A DNA stretch of 64,000 nt from the human T2T-CHM13v2.0 reference genome, Homo sapiens, in the NCBI RefSeq assembly GCF_009914755.1, contig NC_060932.1; one strand, given 5' to 3'. This document shows positions 1 to 15,093 of this stretch, piece after piece (position 1 is the first letter of the stretch; each line of letters starts with the position of its first letter). Position numbers and translations under genes: made by a program. Below the pieces are notes generated by a model. The model worked only from the letters and a program-made list of their open reading frames with translations, was not told the DNA's origin and searched no databases.

Positions 1-394
1 GAGTGTGAAAACAGGCACTAACGGTGAAGACCAAGCGAAAAATAAAGAAGCATTGTTTCCTGCCAGATGTCACTGCTAAAGGAGAGTGAATAGCATGATA
101 AATAGCTGAGAAAGGGAAGATCTCTGAACATTAACAGTGAGGCTTTGAGGACAGTTCTGCTCCTGACACAATTCAAAGAGCCGAGATTTTTCAGACAGAA
201 AGATGCAGGCTCACATTCTAAATCTGTGCTTCTTAGTGGCTGAAAATTTAGCAATGCCCCTCACTTTTCTCAATTTTAATTTTGTTACTGGTAAAATGGA
301 GATCCTTGTGGCTACGCAAAAAGATTCCTGCTAAATACCCGCCTTCCAGGAGTTTGCAAAGATTCATTTCATGAACATACGGGTAATAATCATG

Positions 395-500
395 CACTGT
401 GTTTCAGTCACTGTCTTATGTGCTGAGGTTATAAAAATGAATATGACCAATGTGTGCTTTTGTAGAATTTAATATCTGGAACTGGAGACAAGCAGACAGT
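395..500 (-). mobile_element. L2 3'-end fragment (degenerate)
   Basis: Pattern 'cactgtgtttcagtcactgtcttatgtgctgagg...aaaatgaatatgac...ggagacaagcagac' resembles an antisense L2 3' end. Confidence 0.45.
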
Positions 501-516
501 GTTTAAGATGGAAGTA

Positions 517-951
<435 letters not shown>

Positions 952-1009
952 TCAGGCACAGCACACAGCATTGTACCAGAGCGGGCTAGTAAACGGTAGC
1001 CTTAACTAA

Positions 1010-1340
<331 letters not shown>

Positions 1341-2248
1341 AGAAAATGTAAGTATTTTTTTAAAAAAGAAAAATAATTTCATCAGATAAGTCATTTTTAT
1401 TATTTTAAAGGTCATTCCAGATCAGTGGTGGGAGAAATACAAGGATGGGCTCATAGATCATGACATGGTTTTGGGACCAAGTGTGACAGGAAATTGATTA
1501 GTCATGGTTGTGGGGGCTGGGTGGGCAGGGCTGAGACCAACATACTAGAGGGAACTTCCTATTGACTTGTGCAGCTCTGGACATTCTCACGAAGATAAGC
1601 ACATTAAATTTAAGTCAGGTGAGGGAAAAGATGAGACTGCTGTCTTATTTCAAACCACATGGGTTAAATCACATGAAATGAATGATTACAGGCTACAAGA
1701 AAATGGAATGAAAATGTAAAATATTAGAGTAGAACTTGAGGGTTGGGTTTTTGAGTCAGGCCTAAGCTTGAGCTGATTCCGCCATCCTAAGAGACCTTAG
1801 GAAACCTCCCTAAGACGATTTTTCCACCAGTGAAATATGAATAGAATGGCTACTCAAAGGAGTTCTGATGACAATATGGACTTCCCAAAACTTTCTATGG
1901 CAGTTTGGGTAAGAAAGCTGCCTTTTATTGTCGTTGTATGTTGAGGGACGTGTTGAGACCCCCAGTAGGTTCTCACCTATGGAAAGGTGAGTGGAGCTGT
2001 TGGTAATGGTGATGATCATCTGAGAAGCAGAAGGATCAGTGAGCATGATATGAGGAAACATGCCCATGAGCAACGGGCTCTGTTTGACCAATATTACCAG
2101 GTAGCCACAGTGACTTAAAAGCATATGTTTTATTTCTTAATTTTTCTACTGTACAGTGTCGACTGTCCATGACTGATGTGATGTTCTTTGAAGTTCTTAG
2201 AGAACTAGGTTTCCAGCTTTGTTTTGTCATTTCTACTTGCTTACTTCC

Positions 2249-2502
2249 TTTTTTTTTTATTATACTTTAAGTTTTAGGGTACATGTGCAAATGTGGCACA
2301 CATACACCATGGAATACTATGCAGCCATAAAAAATGATGAGTTCATGTCCTTTGTAGGGACATGGATGAAGCTGGAAACCATCATTCTCAGCAAACTATC
2401 GCAAGGACAAAAAACCAAACACTGCATGTTCTCACTCATAGGTGGGAATTGAACAATAAGAACACATGGACACCAGAAGAGGAACGTCACACACTGGAGA
2501 CT
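2249..2502 (-). mobile_element. Short L1PA (L1PA2-5-like) insertion with 5' inversion
   Basis: 2249-2289 is the antisense L1 terminus (T-tail, ATTATACTTTAAGTTTTAGGGTACATGTGCA); 2290-2502 is the sense ORF2 C-terminus (MWHTYTMEYYAAIKNDEFMSFVGTWMKLETIILSK...GGN*) plus the start of the 3'UTR. Confidence 0.9.
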
Positions 2503-2519
2503 TCTTTCTTCTTTCTACC

Positions 2520-2720
2520 TTTCATCACGCATCACATTTTCTAGATCAGAAGCCAGAGGAAGAGTGGGAGGTGAAATGGAACTGTGTCACTTAGTTTTCT
2601 GTCTTGAAGAAACTTCCCAGAAACTCCATTTGTCTACTTAAACTACACCTCACTGCATAGCCGTAGTTGCAAGGGAGACCAACAAATGTGTTCTTTACTG
2701 GGATGCGTGGCCATCAGGAA
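2520..2720 (-). mobile_element. Old MaLR LTR (MLT1-type) fragment
   Basis: 'cttcccagaa...catagccgtagttgcaagggagacc...aaatgtgttcttt' resembles MLT1J/K. Confidence 0.4.
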
Positions 2721-4459
2721 AGAGGCCAGTGTTCTGCTACCAAGAAAGATGGATAAATGAACAGTCACCCACAAGAAGGCTCAGCCATGGAGTTTCATCA
2801 TATGCACTGAAGATGATCAATTGGAGAACAAGGTAACAAAAAGTTTTGACAAAGAAAGGATTACAATACCAAAAGGTGGGAACTAAGAGGAAAAATAGAC
2901 AAATACTTGAAGGGTGGAGCTTAGCTGTTATCAGGGTGGCCACATGTGTTCTTCTGAGAGTTGTCTGGACTCCTCCCATGACAATCTGAACTCCCTAATA
3001 TGGATATTTAGTCACCTTTCAATGAAAAGAGAAGGAAAACTTAGAATCATTTCACATTATAGGTCAAATGTGGTCAATAAAGTTGTGTATGTGTATGTGT
3101 TTTCCCAGTGCGCCATTGTGTTTTATGTTGAGAAAACAGAGGATAAAAGCAATGAACCAGCAAGCTGCAAATGATATCCTTCTGAGTATGGGAGAAATAA
3201 AAGTAAACTTCTGAAGAGATAATACCTTCAAAACAGACAGAAGGTAGCACACAAACAAGATCTTAAATAAAGAAACCAAATCACGTATTATTCAAGGAAG
3301 GTTTATACACATACAATGGAATTGAATTGATAAGAAGACTTAAAGTATTTTTAGAGGCTGCAGGAAATAACTGGGATAAAGTAAATATCACAGAGAATGT
3401 TTATAAAAAGCACTACTTAAAGCCATTTTAGAGTTTCAGGGAAATAAAGAGCATTGCTGTATAAAAAGTGTGGAAGAGGATAAAGCACAGTACACAGATC
3501 ATGCACTCACACACTCTTGGAGTGAAGAGCTTCAGAGATGATGCTTAAGGATTCTGAGGAAATATGAACTTCCTACAATGAGAAAAAATGTTGCCAACTT
3601 AAAAGAATAAAATATCATAATTTTGAAGATAAGTGAAATTCTGAAATGCCTTCAGATTAATACATGAAGGAAGGAAATGTATTCATACATTCATTTAACA
3701 AGTTTTATTTCTAACTTAGTGCTATGTATACAATGATGAATATGCAGACATGGAGAAAAAGGAGATAGAAAGATAACATGTTTGTACTGAAGTTGCTGCA
3801 CAGTGAAATGATTTTTGAGGGAAATCATGAATATGTGAGAAAGTTTAGGAACCGCCGCCAACACCTTGAGTCTCACTGAGAACTCTAACAAGGATTTGAA
3901 AATCAGGTCAATGAAGTCTTTCCTATAAGTTTAAAATGAGATCAATATAGAACATTAAAGAATATGCAAATGACTTTAGGAGACAGAGCTAAATAGGACC
4001 TGAATGCAGCCTGAAAAAGAATAAGAAAATATCTAAATATGAAAACAACTAAAGAAGAGATGTTTAATTAGAGTAGTATTTGTTAGCTACAGAGACATAG
4101 ATAAAGGAACATTTCATGAGGAAAAGTTATCTGTGTCCACACAAACGCTGTTCAGAGGCAAGCATAGGTGCCCTGCTCTTTAATTCTAGGCCTGTTGATG
4201 GATGGTGGAGGCTTTTCATGGGAGAAAAATGCATCAGGGCATCTTGGCATGATCCCACTGCACGTCTTTTTCAAAACTCCTTCTATTTATTTTGATTCAA
4301 TAACCATCAAATGACTTTCTGCTTTTGTTTTCCAACATTGCTTAACTATAGGGAGAGATTTGAATGTATTGGTCCTTTGCCAATAAAAGTGCTCATCATG
4401 AATTAGCATTATCTTACTAGTAACGACTGTGAGTTTGGTTAATTTTAATCTGTACTGAG

Positions 4460-7400
4460 ACTTATGTGGTTATAATCTCCCACCTGAAATAACCAGAAAT
4501 GCAGACAAAATATGGGAAGTGACAATTTTCACAACACTGGAACTCAGACAACAAAGGAACTTAGTTCCCGAGAGGACAAGAGGGTGCCAGGGTGAGCACT
4601 GAGCTTGTTCTGGTTTATTACCTTTAGAAAGTTTCCTGTCCAAAGCTTAGGAAAGGGATCCCCAGGTAGCTCCATGCAAACTCTCTGAGCTGAGGTTGTG
4701 TAAGACAGCTCAAGGTCTCAAGACAGAGCACCAGCAAAGAGGGAGCTCCACAGAGTGAGAAACTCAGACAGATGTGGGCAGCCCTCCTGAGTCCTTATCT
4801 CAGTATTGATCATTACATACATGAGAGAAAACTGCCTGAGCCTAGGCGGGAAAAAAAAGGAGGAATTAAAGGTAAAACTTCCTGGTCCTCAGACAGGGCC
4901 AGTAGTAAGATATAGTTAGTCCTAGACTGAACACTGCCTAACAAATCTTAAAAGCAAGCCCCAAAAGAATTCAGTTGTTTCTAATAACATCATTTCACAA
5001 CAAAACTCAAGAAACTCAAGAATAGTTATAAGAACAAAGGTATTCAATACCACATAAGGTAAAGTTCACATTATCTGCTACTCTACAATTCTATTCCCAG
5101 CAAAAATATCTTTCAATGAAGCCACAGTAAAGACTTATAGATGTACAAAAGTTGGAAGAATTCATCACAATTAGACCTCCGCTTAAAAATATTATCCTAC
5201 AGGCCACAGAAAAATGACATCAAATGGAAACATGGGTCTACACAATAGATAAACATTGATGAGAGGATGACTTTGTGACATCTATGTCATGCCTAGAACA
5301 AGAGGAGAGAAGCAGAATTAAAGTATTGTAAAGTTCTTATTCTATAACGGATGTGGTATAATATAATCTGAAGGTAGACTGTGTTTTCTAGAAAATGCAT
5401 ACCTTCTAAACTCTAAAACATCCACAAAAATAAGAAGAGCTTAAGAATGAGCTACCAGAGGAGATAAAATTGAAAAGTTACATATGTTTTATATTATATA
5501 CATGCACAAAAACACAGACACAGTGGCCTCAAAGAAGGCTGAAAATTAGGAAAAACAAAGCAAAGCAAAGAAGAACAAACATAAAACAAATAGCATAATA
5601 GATTTAAATCTAACTTTGTCAGCCATTATGTTAAATATAAGTGGTCAAAATACCATAATTAAGAGGTAGGGATTGGCAGATTAGATAACAAAGCAAGACC
5701 CAGGTATAAGCTGCCTGTAAGAAACTTATAGGTAAGAAAAGAAAAAAAAAAGTCCAAACAGGTTAAAAGTAAAAGAAGGTAAAATACATATATACATGTA
5801 TATTCTATGCAAGCATAAACTTAATAAAAGCTGGAGTAAACATATTAATGAGACAAAATAATTTTTAGAGCAAATAATATTACCAGGAATAAAGAAGATA
5901 ATTTTATAGTGATAAAAGGAATCAAGTCATCAAAAACTCAAAGTTATCCGTAATGCTTATGTACCTAATAACAGAGCTTCACAATACATGATGTAAAAAC
6001 TGATAGAACCACAAGCAAATTGTAACTGGAGAGTTCAATGTTTCTCTGTCAATCAATGCTGAACAAGCCGACAGAAAATCAGCAAGGGTATAGGAGACTT
6101 GAAAAATACCATCAACATAATCGGCCAAATTGTTAGTTGTAGAACACTCTATCCTGTAACATCAGAATATGTATTCATTATATTTCATCTCAAGTTCACA
6201 TGGAACATACTTAAGTAGAAACTATTCAGGGCTCAATTAATGTGAAAAGATTCAAATCATACAAAGAATATTCTCTGACTATAGTAAGATTAAATGAGAA
6301 ATCAATAACATGTCTATGGAAAATCATCAAATTTTGCAAAAACTAATAAATGTTTAAATAATTCATGAGTAAAAAAGGAAATTAAAGAGGAAATTAAAAG
6401 TATACTGAATTGAATTAGAATAAAAACACAACATATTAAAATTTGTGAGATACTGCTAAACTCAGGCTTAGGAGAAAACACCTAAGAGAAGAATCTCAAG
6501 TCAATAACCTCAGCTAACACTTTAAGGAACTAAGGGAAAAGATTAAACCAAAGTAAAGAAAGAAAACAATAAAGATCAGAGTATAAACTTAAAATTAGAA
6601 AACAAAAAAAATTTTATAAATCAATGAAACCAAACACTGATCGTTTAAAGATCAGTAATACTTATAAACATCTAGTAATATTGATAAAGAAAAAAGGAAG
6701 AAAACACAAATTACCAAAATCTGGAATAAGATGGGTAAATCCACTTTCATTTTACAGATGTTAAAAAGATAGGAACAAATCATGATCAACTTTATGCCAA
6801 TATCTTCAGCAACTACGCTAAAATAGAAAATTTTCCTCAATGATACAAATACTCAAGAAGAAATAGATACCCTGAATGTCCTATGCTTATTAAATAAATT
6901 TACTTTGTAGTTCAAAACCTTATCTCTTAGAAAATTACAGGTCCAAATCATATCAAAATATTGAAGAACAAATAATAACAATTCTACACAATTCTTCTAG
7001 AATGGATGGAGGTAGAAATACTTCCCAGCTCATTCAATGATGCCAGCACTAATCTATTGCCAATACTAGATAAAGATAATACAAGAGAAAAATAAAATAT
7101 AAAAACTACAGACCAATATACTTCATTAGCATAAATAGAAAACGTAATAAAAAGTTTGGCAAAAGGAATTTAACAATAAATAAAAGGATAATATATGATA
7201 ATCCATCATTGTTTATCCCAGAATTATAAAGTCTATTTAAAATTTGAAAAATAGCCAATGGAATCCTCTATATTAATAAATTAAATGAAATTATATGATT
7301 TTTTCCAATAGACACAGGGGAAAAATTAGAAAATCCAACATAATTTTCTGATTAAAAACAAAGTCAATTAAAAAACTCTCAGCAGACTGGTAATAGACAG

Positions 7401-9722
7401 ATACTTCCTCAAGCTGATCAATGGAATCTGTGAAGAACATACAGTTAGCATCATACAAAACAATAACATACTGAATAACTTTCCCTTAACATCAGAAACA
7501 AAATAAGAGTATCAGGGCATACTTTAGCAGTGCTGACTGCTTCCAAGTCTCACGAGGCTGCAATAATGTGTCAACTAGATCTGTGGTTTTTATCTGAGGC
7601 TCAATGGGGAAGGATCACCTTCCAAAATTGCATGGTAGCTGGTATCATTCAGCTCCTTGTGGGCTCTCAGGTGGAAGGTCTAAGTTTCTTGCTAGCTGCT
7701 GGGTGAAGGCAATCCTCAGCTCCATGCAAGGTACATTTTTCAGTATAGCCACTTGCTCCTCAATGTCACAAGAGAAAGAGAGTCTCCTTGCAAGATAGGT
7801 ACATAATCTTACGTAGCATAATCACATAAATATAATCAGTTATAATCGGTGACCTTTGCCATATTCTGTGGTCAGAAGCAAGGAAGAGGGTCCACCAACA
7901 CTCACTGGAGGTCGTGGGATCACCGTAGATTCTGTCTCACATAAATTCTGAGAATAGACCTGAAAACTTATACGCTGAAAACTACAAAGCGTTGCTGATG
8001 GAAACTAACGAAGACTTAAATAAATGGAGAAATGTCTCATTTTTATACACTGGCAACTCAATATTGTTACAATGTCAATTCTTTCCAAATTGATCTATAC
8101 ATTCAATGCAATCATAATAAAAATTTTTGTAGAAATAGAACATTTCTCTAAGAATTGACGAAATTATTTAAAAATTCTTATGGAAATCCAAAGTACCTAA
8201 AATGCCCAAAGTATCCTTGAAAAAGAACAAATGTGGAGGAATGCTTCTATCTGATTTCCAGACTAATTTTAAATCCTCAGTAGTCATGACAGTATGGTAT
8301 TTGCATAACAATAAACAACAGATAAATTGTCCATTTATCTATGGAACCGAATAGGGAATTTGTAAATTGATTCAAACATATGTGAACATTTTTTTAAATA
8401 AAGGTGAGAAAGCAATTTAGCAGAGTAAGGGTGATCTTTTCAACAAATAGTGTGGGCCAAATTCAGTATACACGCACAATGAAATAAACTTAGATCCATA
8501 ACCTATACTATTTATAAAAATTATCTCAGAATGTATGACAAACCTAAATACAAATCCTAAAACTCTAAAATCTCTATAGAAAAATGGAAGAAGATCAACA
8601 CAACTTACACACAGAGCAAATTTTTATGACCTTGAGATAGAGAAATGTCACAGAAACAGCACAAGAAAGAACTATCCATACAGGAACATACAGATTAAAA
8701 AAAAAAACCTTCATCAAAAAGATATAATTTCACTCTTCAAGAAACAAGGGTAAGAGTGGAAAATTAAATACAGCCTGGAAAATATATTTGAAAATAATAT
8801 ATGTGACAAGTGACTTGTATCCAAAACACATAAAACACTCTCACTAATTAATAATAACAAAACAAATGGCCCAATACAAATGGCCGATTTTAACAGATAA
8901 TTTATCAAATGTAAATAAATAGTAAATAAACACATAAGAACATAAGTCAGCATCATCAACCATTAAGATTGAAATTAAAACCACAGTGAAATATTAATTT
9001 CACTACTCATTGATTAGAACGGGTAAAATTCAAAAACAAACAAACAGAAAACATAACTTGACCAAGACAAATGCTTGGAAACCTGGGAAAGAACTGGAAT
9101 CCTAGTACAATGCTTGCGAGACTACACAATTGTACAAATACTTTAAAAAGCAGTTTTGCAGTTCCTTAAAATATTAAACACACATATTGTGTTATACAGC
9201 TAGCGCACTTCTAGATAATTACTGAAGATAAATAAAACAATATGTCCATTCAAAGGCTTCTGTATTAATATCCATAGACACTTTGTTTGTCATAGTCAAA
9301 ATCAAGAAAAATAACCAAATAGCTTTCAATAGGTGATAAACAGAATGTAGCATAATTATGGAATGAAATAAAATGCAATAAAAAGAAGGAACAGTTAATA
9401 TATACAGCATGAATGAATCTTAAAATCATTATGTTTCGTGAGAGGAGGAAAGAATGCTATTAAGTGGTTTCATTTATAAAAATTCTAGAGAATGAAAACC
9501 AATTGAAAGTGACAGAAAATGGTCTGGCTCCAGCATGTGGTTGGGGAGGCTTTGGAGCGGGAGTTACAAAGGACTGAAGAAAACTGTTTGGGGTGATATG
9601 TATGTTTATTGTCTTGATTGTGGAAATAGTCAAGAATATATAAAAATCCCCTAAATTATGAAACTAAACATGTTAAATATGGACAGTGTATTGTATATTA
9701 GACACACTTTAATAAAGCTGCA
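4460..9722 (+). mobile_element. Ancient L1M (L1MC/MD-like), long and degenerate: 5' region, ORF2 remnants, 3'UTR
   Basis: A-rich L1 ORF2-like sequence (e.g. 'aactacagaccaatatac', 'attgatctatacattcaatgcaatc'); L1M-type 3'UTR ending 'cactttaataaagctg'; no intact ORF. Confidence 0.8.
7510..7941 (-). mobile_element. MLT1 (MLT1E/F-like) LTR inserted in the L1M
   Basis: 'gacctttgccatattctgtggtcagaagcaag...gattctgtctcaca'; L1 sequence resumes after it. Confidence 0.65.
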
Positions 9723-10842
9723 AAAATAATTCCTTCATCAACAAAATAAGTTTACTATTAGTTAAGTGAACTTTTTTTCGGAGCCTGAAGACTGAAGTTA
9801 TAAGGTTGATTTATGACAAATTTTTAAATATATCACCAGAAACTTTGGATTTGACCAGCTTCCTTGTTGCCTTTTTGGTGTTATCTACTTACCTCTAAAT
9901 TCTGGTTTGCACATATAAGATAATTTTTTTCTTTTTATTTGAACTTTTACAAACCCTAAGAAGAAACTCTAAAGGGCTACATAGCTAGGAGGTAGGGTTA
10001 ATTAGACAAAACTTGGTATTTATTTATAGTCTGATTATCACTTCAAGTTCTTAAGAAAAAGTTGTTAATTGACTATAATAGGTCACATTTTCCTTGGATG
10101 TTGTTTTCTTTTAAAGAGTTATCTCATTCTGCACAAATAATATGGTTAGGATGATATATTAGGTTAGGCAAGAGCCTAGTCTTGTATAATTTACTGTATC
10201 TTATATATTTAGAATCCCAAAGGAGTTACCGAAACCTCATTTTATAATTCATTCATAAAGCCATATCAAGGAGTCTGAAAACAACAATAATAACAAAACA
10301 ATACTTCACAGATTTCTACACAATTTAATTTCTGATTCCACTACACTTTTAAGTTGAAACTTGTGTTTCCAACTCAATACCAATTTAAAAACTTTCCAAA
10401 CATAAGGAAAATACCTAAAATTCTTGGATTTTCTCCACTCCCATTCTTAATTAAAATAATTTTGATGTTTGGCTATTACTTCTGTAACAAGTAATTTTCA
10501 CAAGTTTGTAAGAATTTTAAGCTGTAGCTCACCCATCAAATGCAGAGACTGGATAGATTTTTATCAATCCCCTATCTCTTCCCGGTCTGGAAGGAATGTA
10601 TTATCTACCAGCTCTTTGCAGTTTAATTGGAACCAGGTGCTGGTAAAAGTCAGTGGAATGTGAGCAGAAGGGATGAATTCCACTTCCACGATTACCAAAA
10701 TCTGAATCCAGATACCAGGCTCTTTCTCTTCCCTTGAGATGTTAAAGCAACAAAATGGAAGCTACTCAAAGCACTAAGTTATGACTTCAAGGAGAACCAC
10801 GTCACCTATCTCAGAATGCTTTATGAAAAACAAACACATTTT

Positions 10843-10995
10843 CATGATTGTGGCCCCACCTCCAAATACCATCACACTGGGGACAGGGCTTTTTTGGGGG
10901 CAACACAGTTCAGTCAATAGTGCTTTGCCACTGCCCCCTTCAAAGTTCTTGTCATTCTTCAATGAAAAATACATTCATTCCATCCCAACAGCCTT
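10843..10995 (-). mobile_element. MLT1A/B LTR end plus MaLR internal fragment
   Basis: 'ggccccacctccaaataccatcacactgggg...cacagttcagtcaatag' followed by MLT1-int-like sequence. Confidence 0.6.
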
Positions 10996-10999
10996 TACC

Positions 11000-13900
11000 C
11001 ATTGGTCTTTGACACCCTTATGGAAAATCGCTTGACCACATCTATGAGGGTTCATTTCTGGAAAGTCTATTCTATTTCATTAGTCCATATGACTAATCTT
11101 ATTCCAATACCACACTGTTTGACTAACTGTAGCTTTGTATTAAGTTCTGAAATCACAGAGTTTAAGTTTTTCAACTTTGTTCTCTTTCAAGATTGCTTTG
11201 GCTATTTGAGATCCGTCAAGATTCTATGTTAAGTTTAGATGGATTTTTCTATTTTTGAAAAAAAACTCATAGAAATTTTGATAGGGATTACATTGAATCT
11301 GGAGATTGCTTTGGGAATTAATGCTATTTTAACAATATTGTCTTCTAATCCATGCAGAAGGGTTGTCTTTGTATTTAATTTCTTTCAACAACATTTTGTC
11401 ATTTTCACTGTACAAATATTTTGCTTCCTACATTTATCTCTAGGTATTGTATTATTTTTGATACAATTGTAAATAGAATTGTTTTCTTAATTCCTTTTCT
11501 GGATTGTTCATTTTCGGTGTATTTTGCAGATTAATTTTAGTGTATTTGCGGATTAATTTTGTATCTCGCAGCTTTGCCATATTTATTTGTTTTAACTCAT
11601 TTTTGCTTAATTTTTAGGGTTTTCTGCATATAAGATTATGTCATCTATAACACATAATTTTACATCTTCTTTCTCAATTTGGATGTCTTTTATTTCTGTA
11701 TCTTTCCTGATCTCTAAGACTTGAAGTCCCAATACGATGTTGAATGCAAGTAGTGAAAACAGGTGTACTTGTCTTGTTTCTAATCTAAGAGAAAAAATTT
11801 TCAGTCTTTTACCACAGAGTGTGCTATTAGTTGTGAGTTTTCATGTATGATCTTTGTCACACTGAAGAAGTGATCTTCTATTTCTTGTTTACTGACTGTA
11901 CCAGTAAAGGCTATTGAATTTTGTTAAATTCTTTGTCTGCATCAATTAAAATAATGATGTGATTTTTCCCCTACATTCTGTAAATGCAATGTATTATGTA
12001 ACAATTTTATGGTGTCTAACATTTTGAAAACGCTGCTGAATTTAGTTTGCAAGGAGTTTTACTTTTAGGGTTTTGCATTGATATTCCTAAGATATATTGT
12101 TTTACAATTTTCTTCACTTGTATCTTTGTCAGGTTTCAGTTTGAGGGAAATGCTGGCCTCATAGAAATAAGTAGAAAGTATTCCCTTCTGTTTAATTTTT
12201 CAACAGAGTTGAGAAAAGTTGGTGTTACCTTTTCTTTAACGTTTGCTAGAACTCACCAATGCAGCCGTCTGGGCCAGGGCTTTACTTCGTTGGCGGGTTT
12301 TTGGTTACTGATTCGATTTCCTTACTAGTTACAGGTCGATTTAGGATTTCTATTGCTTCATGATTCAAGTGTGTTTATTGGAATTTGTCCATTTCATCTT
12401 GGTTAACCAATTTGGTGATATAAACATGTTTATTATATTACTTCAGAAACCTTTTTATCTCGGTAAAATCAGTAGTCACTGTGTCACTTTGGTTTCCGAT
12501 TTTAGTTATTTGAGTCATATATTTTACTTAAAACTTCTAACGGTTTGACAATTTTGTTAATCCTTAAAAAAAAAAAAAACCAACTTGTGGGTCTCTTGAT
12601 TTTTTTCTATTATTTGTCTGTTCTCTATTTATTGACTTATTTTTGAGATAGGGTCTCACTTTGTAACCCAGGCTGGAGTGTGGTGGCACAATCTTGGCTC
12701 ATTGTAACCTTTATCTCCTAGGCTCAAGTAATCTTTCACTTCAGCCTCCTGAGTAGCTGGAATTACAGGCATGCACCACCACACCTAGCTCATTTTCATA
12801 TTTTATTTATTTATTTATTTATTTATTTTTGTAGAGACAGGATTTCCCATGTTGTCCAAGCTCGTCTCCAACTCCTAGGCTTCAGTGATCTGCCTACCTC
12901 AGCCTTCCAAAGTGCTGGGATTACAGATGTGAGCCACTGCAGCTGGCCTATTCTCTCTTTTTAAAATTGCTATTGTAATCATTATTATTTCCTTCCTTCT
13001 ACTAGATTTGGGTTTAGTTTGCTTTTATTTTTCTAACATTTTAAGGTATGAAGTTAAAGTAGTGATTTAATATAGTTCTTCTTTTTGAAGACATGAAGTT
13101 ACAGCTATGTCTCCTTATAACACATTTTTAGCTGCATTTCAAAAGTGTTGGTTTATTGTATTTTCATTTTCACTTGTTTTAAAATATTTTCTAATTTCCC
13201 TTGAGATTTCTTCTTTAGCACATCGGTTAAATTAAAAAATGTGTTGTTCAATTTCCACATATGTGTGGATTTTCCAATTATTTTTCCTCTTACAACTTTA
13301 TACCTTCATTCTCATTCCATTGTGATCAGAACAGACACTGTGATTTCAATAATTTTAGATTTATCAAGCCTTGTTGTGTGGCCTAACATGTGGTCTATCC
13401 TGGAGAATGTTCCATGTGCACTTGAGAAAATGTATATTCTGCTGTCGTTGGGTGAAGTGCTCATATATGTCAGTTAGGTCCAATTCATCTATAGAGTTAT
13501 TTAAGTCCTCTAGGGCAAACAGGAAGGCTAGAGGAGGCTGGACTTGGGTATTTCTCTTCTCCCATGTCAGTTAGGCTCTGATAAACTCCAGCACACCAGG
13601 CAATAGTGAAATAGCTTCTTTTGATGGCAGGCTTTGTTAAGAAAAACAGAGTGCTCTGGCGTGTTTCAAAATGATTACTTTTTCTCTTTCCATGCCAGAA
13701 ACAGAAAGGTGTTTCTCCCATCTTCACCATGAAGATTTAGTCCAGCTCTTGGAGGTAAAACTCATACAAGTGTGGGAGTTTCCCCATGACTGGGTCTCCC
13801 TAGAATTTTATCTCTCAGGCTTCTCCTCATGGAACCTCCAGCAGCTCATCTACAGTTCAGGATTCCATTCCCTTGTAGTGATTCCCACAGTGGATTCTGC

Positions 13901-14025
13901 TTTAGTAAGCTGTGATTTTCTGTATTGACAGTTCTCTCCAATTTTGTGGGAAAGTAGTTTGTTCTGTGACCTTACTTCTCTTACTGATCTAAGAAGAGCT
14001 AATGAGTTTCCATTTGTGAAGATTC
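11000..14025 (-). mobile_element. Old L1M, antisense (ORF2 remnants and 5' region)
   Basis: T-rich antisense L1 motifs ('ttgatagggattacattgaatctg', 'tggagaatgttccatgtgcacttgagaaaatg'). Confidence 0.8.
12638..12948 (-). mobile_element. AluJ inside the L1M
   Basis: Diverged antisense Alu with (TTTA)n linker; probable TSD t(g/a)ttctct(a/c)ttt. Confidence 0.88.
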
Positions 14026-14028
14026 CTT

Positions 14029-15093
14029 CTTTTTTTTAATTTTTAATATTTGTGGGTACATAGTAAGTGTATATATTTCTGGGGTACATGAGATGTTGTG
14101 ACACAGGCATGCAATGAGTAATAACACATAATGAAGAATTGGGTCTCCATCCTCTCAAGTATTTATCCTTCGTGTTACAAACAATCCAGTTATTATCTTT
14201 TATTTATTTTAAAATGTACAAGTGAATTATTATTGACGGTAGTCACCTTGTTGTGTTGTGTTATCAAATACTGGGTCTTATTTAATCTTTCTAACTTTTT
14301 TGTGCACCCATTAACCTACTGCACCTTCCCCAACCATCCCCCACCCCACAACCACCCACTATTCTTCCCAGCTTCTGGTAACCATCCTTCTACTCTCTCT
14401 GTTCATGTGTTCAATTGTTCTGATATTTAGATCCCACAAACAAGTGACAACATGCGATATGTGTCTTTCTGTGCCTGACTTGTAACTCTTAACTGAGCGA
14501 CCTGCAGTTACATCCATGTTGTTGCAAATGATAAGATCTCATTCCTTTTTATGGCTGAATAGTACTCCATTGTGTATATGTAGCTCATTTTCTTTATCCA
14601 TTCAACTGTTGATGGACACTTAGGTTGCTTCTAAATCTTGGCTGTTATTAACAGTGCTCCAACAAATGTGGGAGTGCAGAGAGCTCTTTCATGGACTGAT
14701 TCCCTTTCTCTTGGGGTATATACCCATCAGTGAAGTTGCTGGATCATATGTTAGCTCTGTTTTTAGGTTTTAGAGGAACGTCCAAACTCTTCTCCATAGT
14801 GGTTTTACCAGTCTACATTCCCAGCATCAATGTATGTGGCTTCCTTTTTCCCCACTTTTGCCAGCATTTGTTATTGTCTGTCTTTTAGATAAAAGCCATT
14901 TTAACTGGGGTGAGATGATATGTCATGATAGTATTGATTTGCATTTCTCTGATGATCTGTAACGTTGAGCACCTTTTCATGTACTTATTTGCAATTTGTA
15001 TGTCTTCTTTTGACATACAAATTAATCTATTCAGGTCATACAAGAGATCTGTTCAGATCTTTTGCCCATTTTCAAATCAGATTATTAGATGTT
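14029..15093 (-). mobile_element. L1MA (L1MA1-4-like) 3' end
   Basis: 'tttttaatatttgtgggtacatagtaagtgtatatatt...atttatccttcgtgttacaaacaatcc' then ORF2 end, antisense. Confidence 0.85.
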
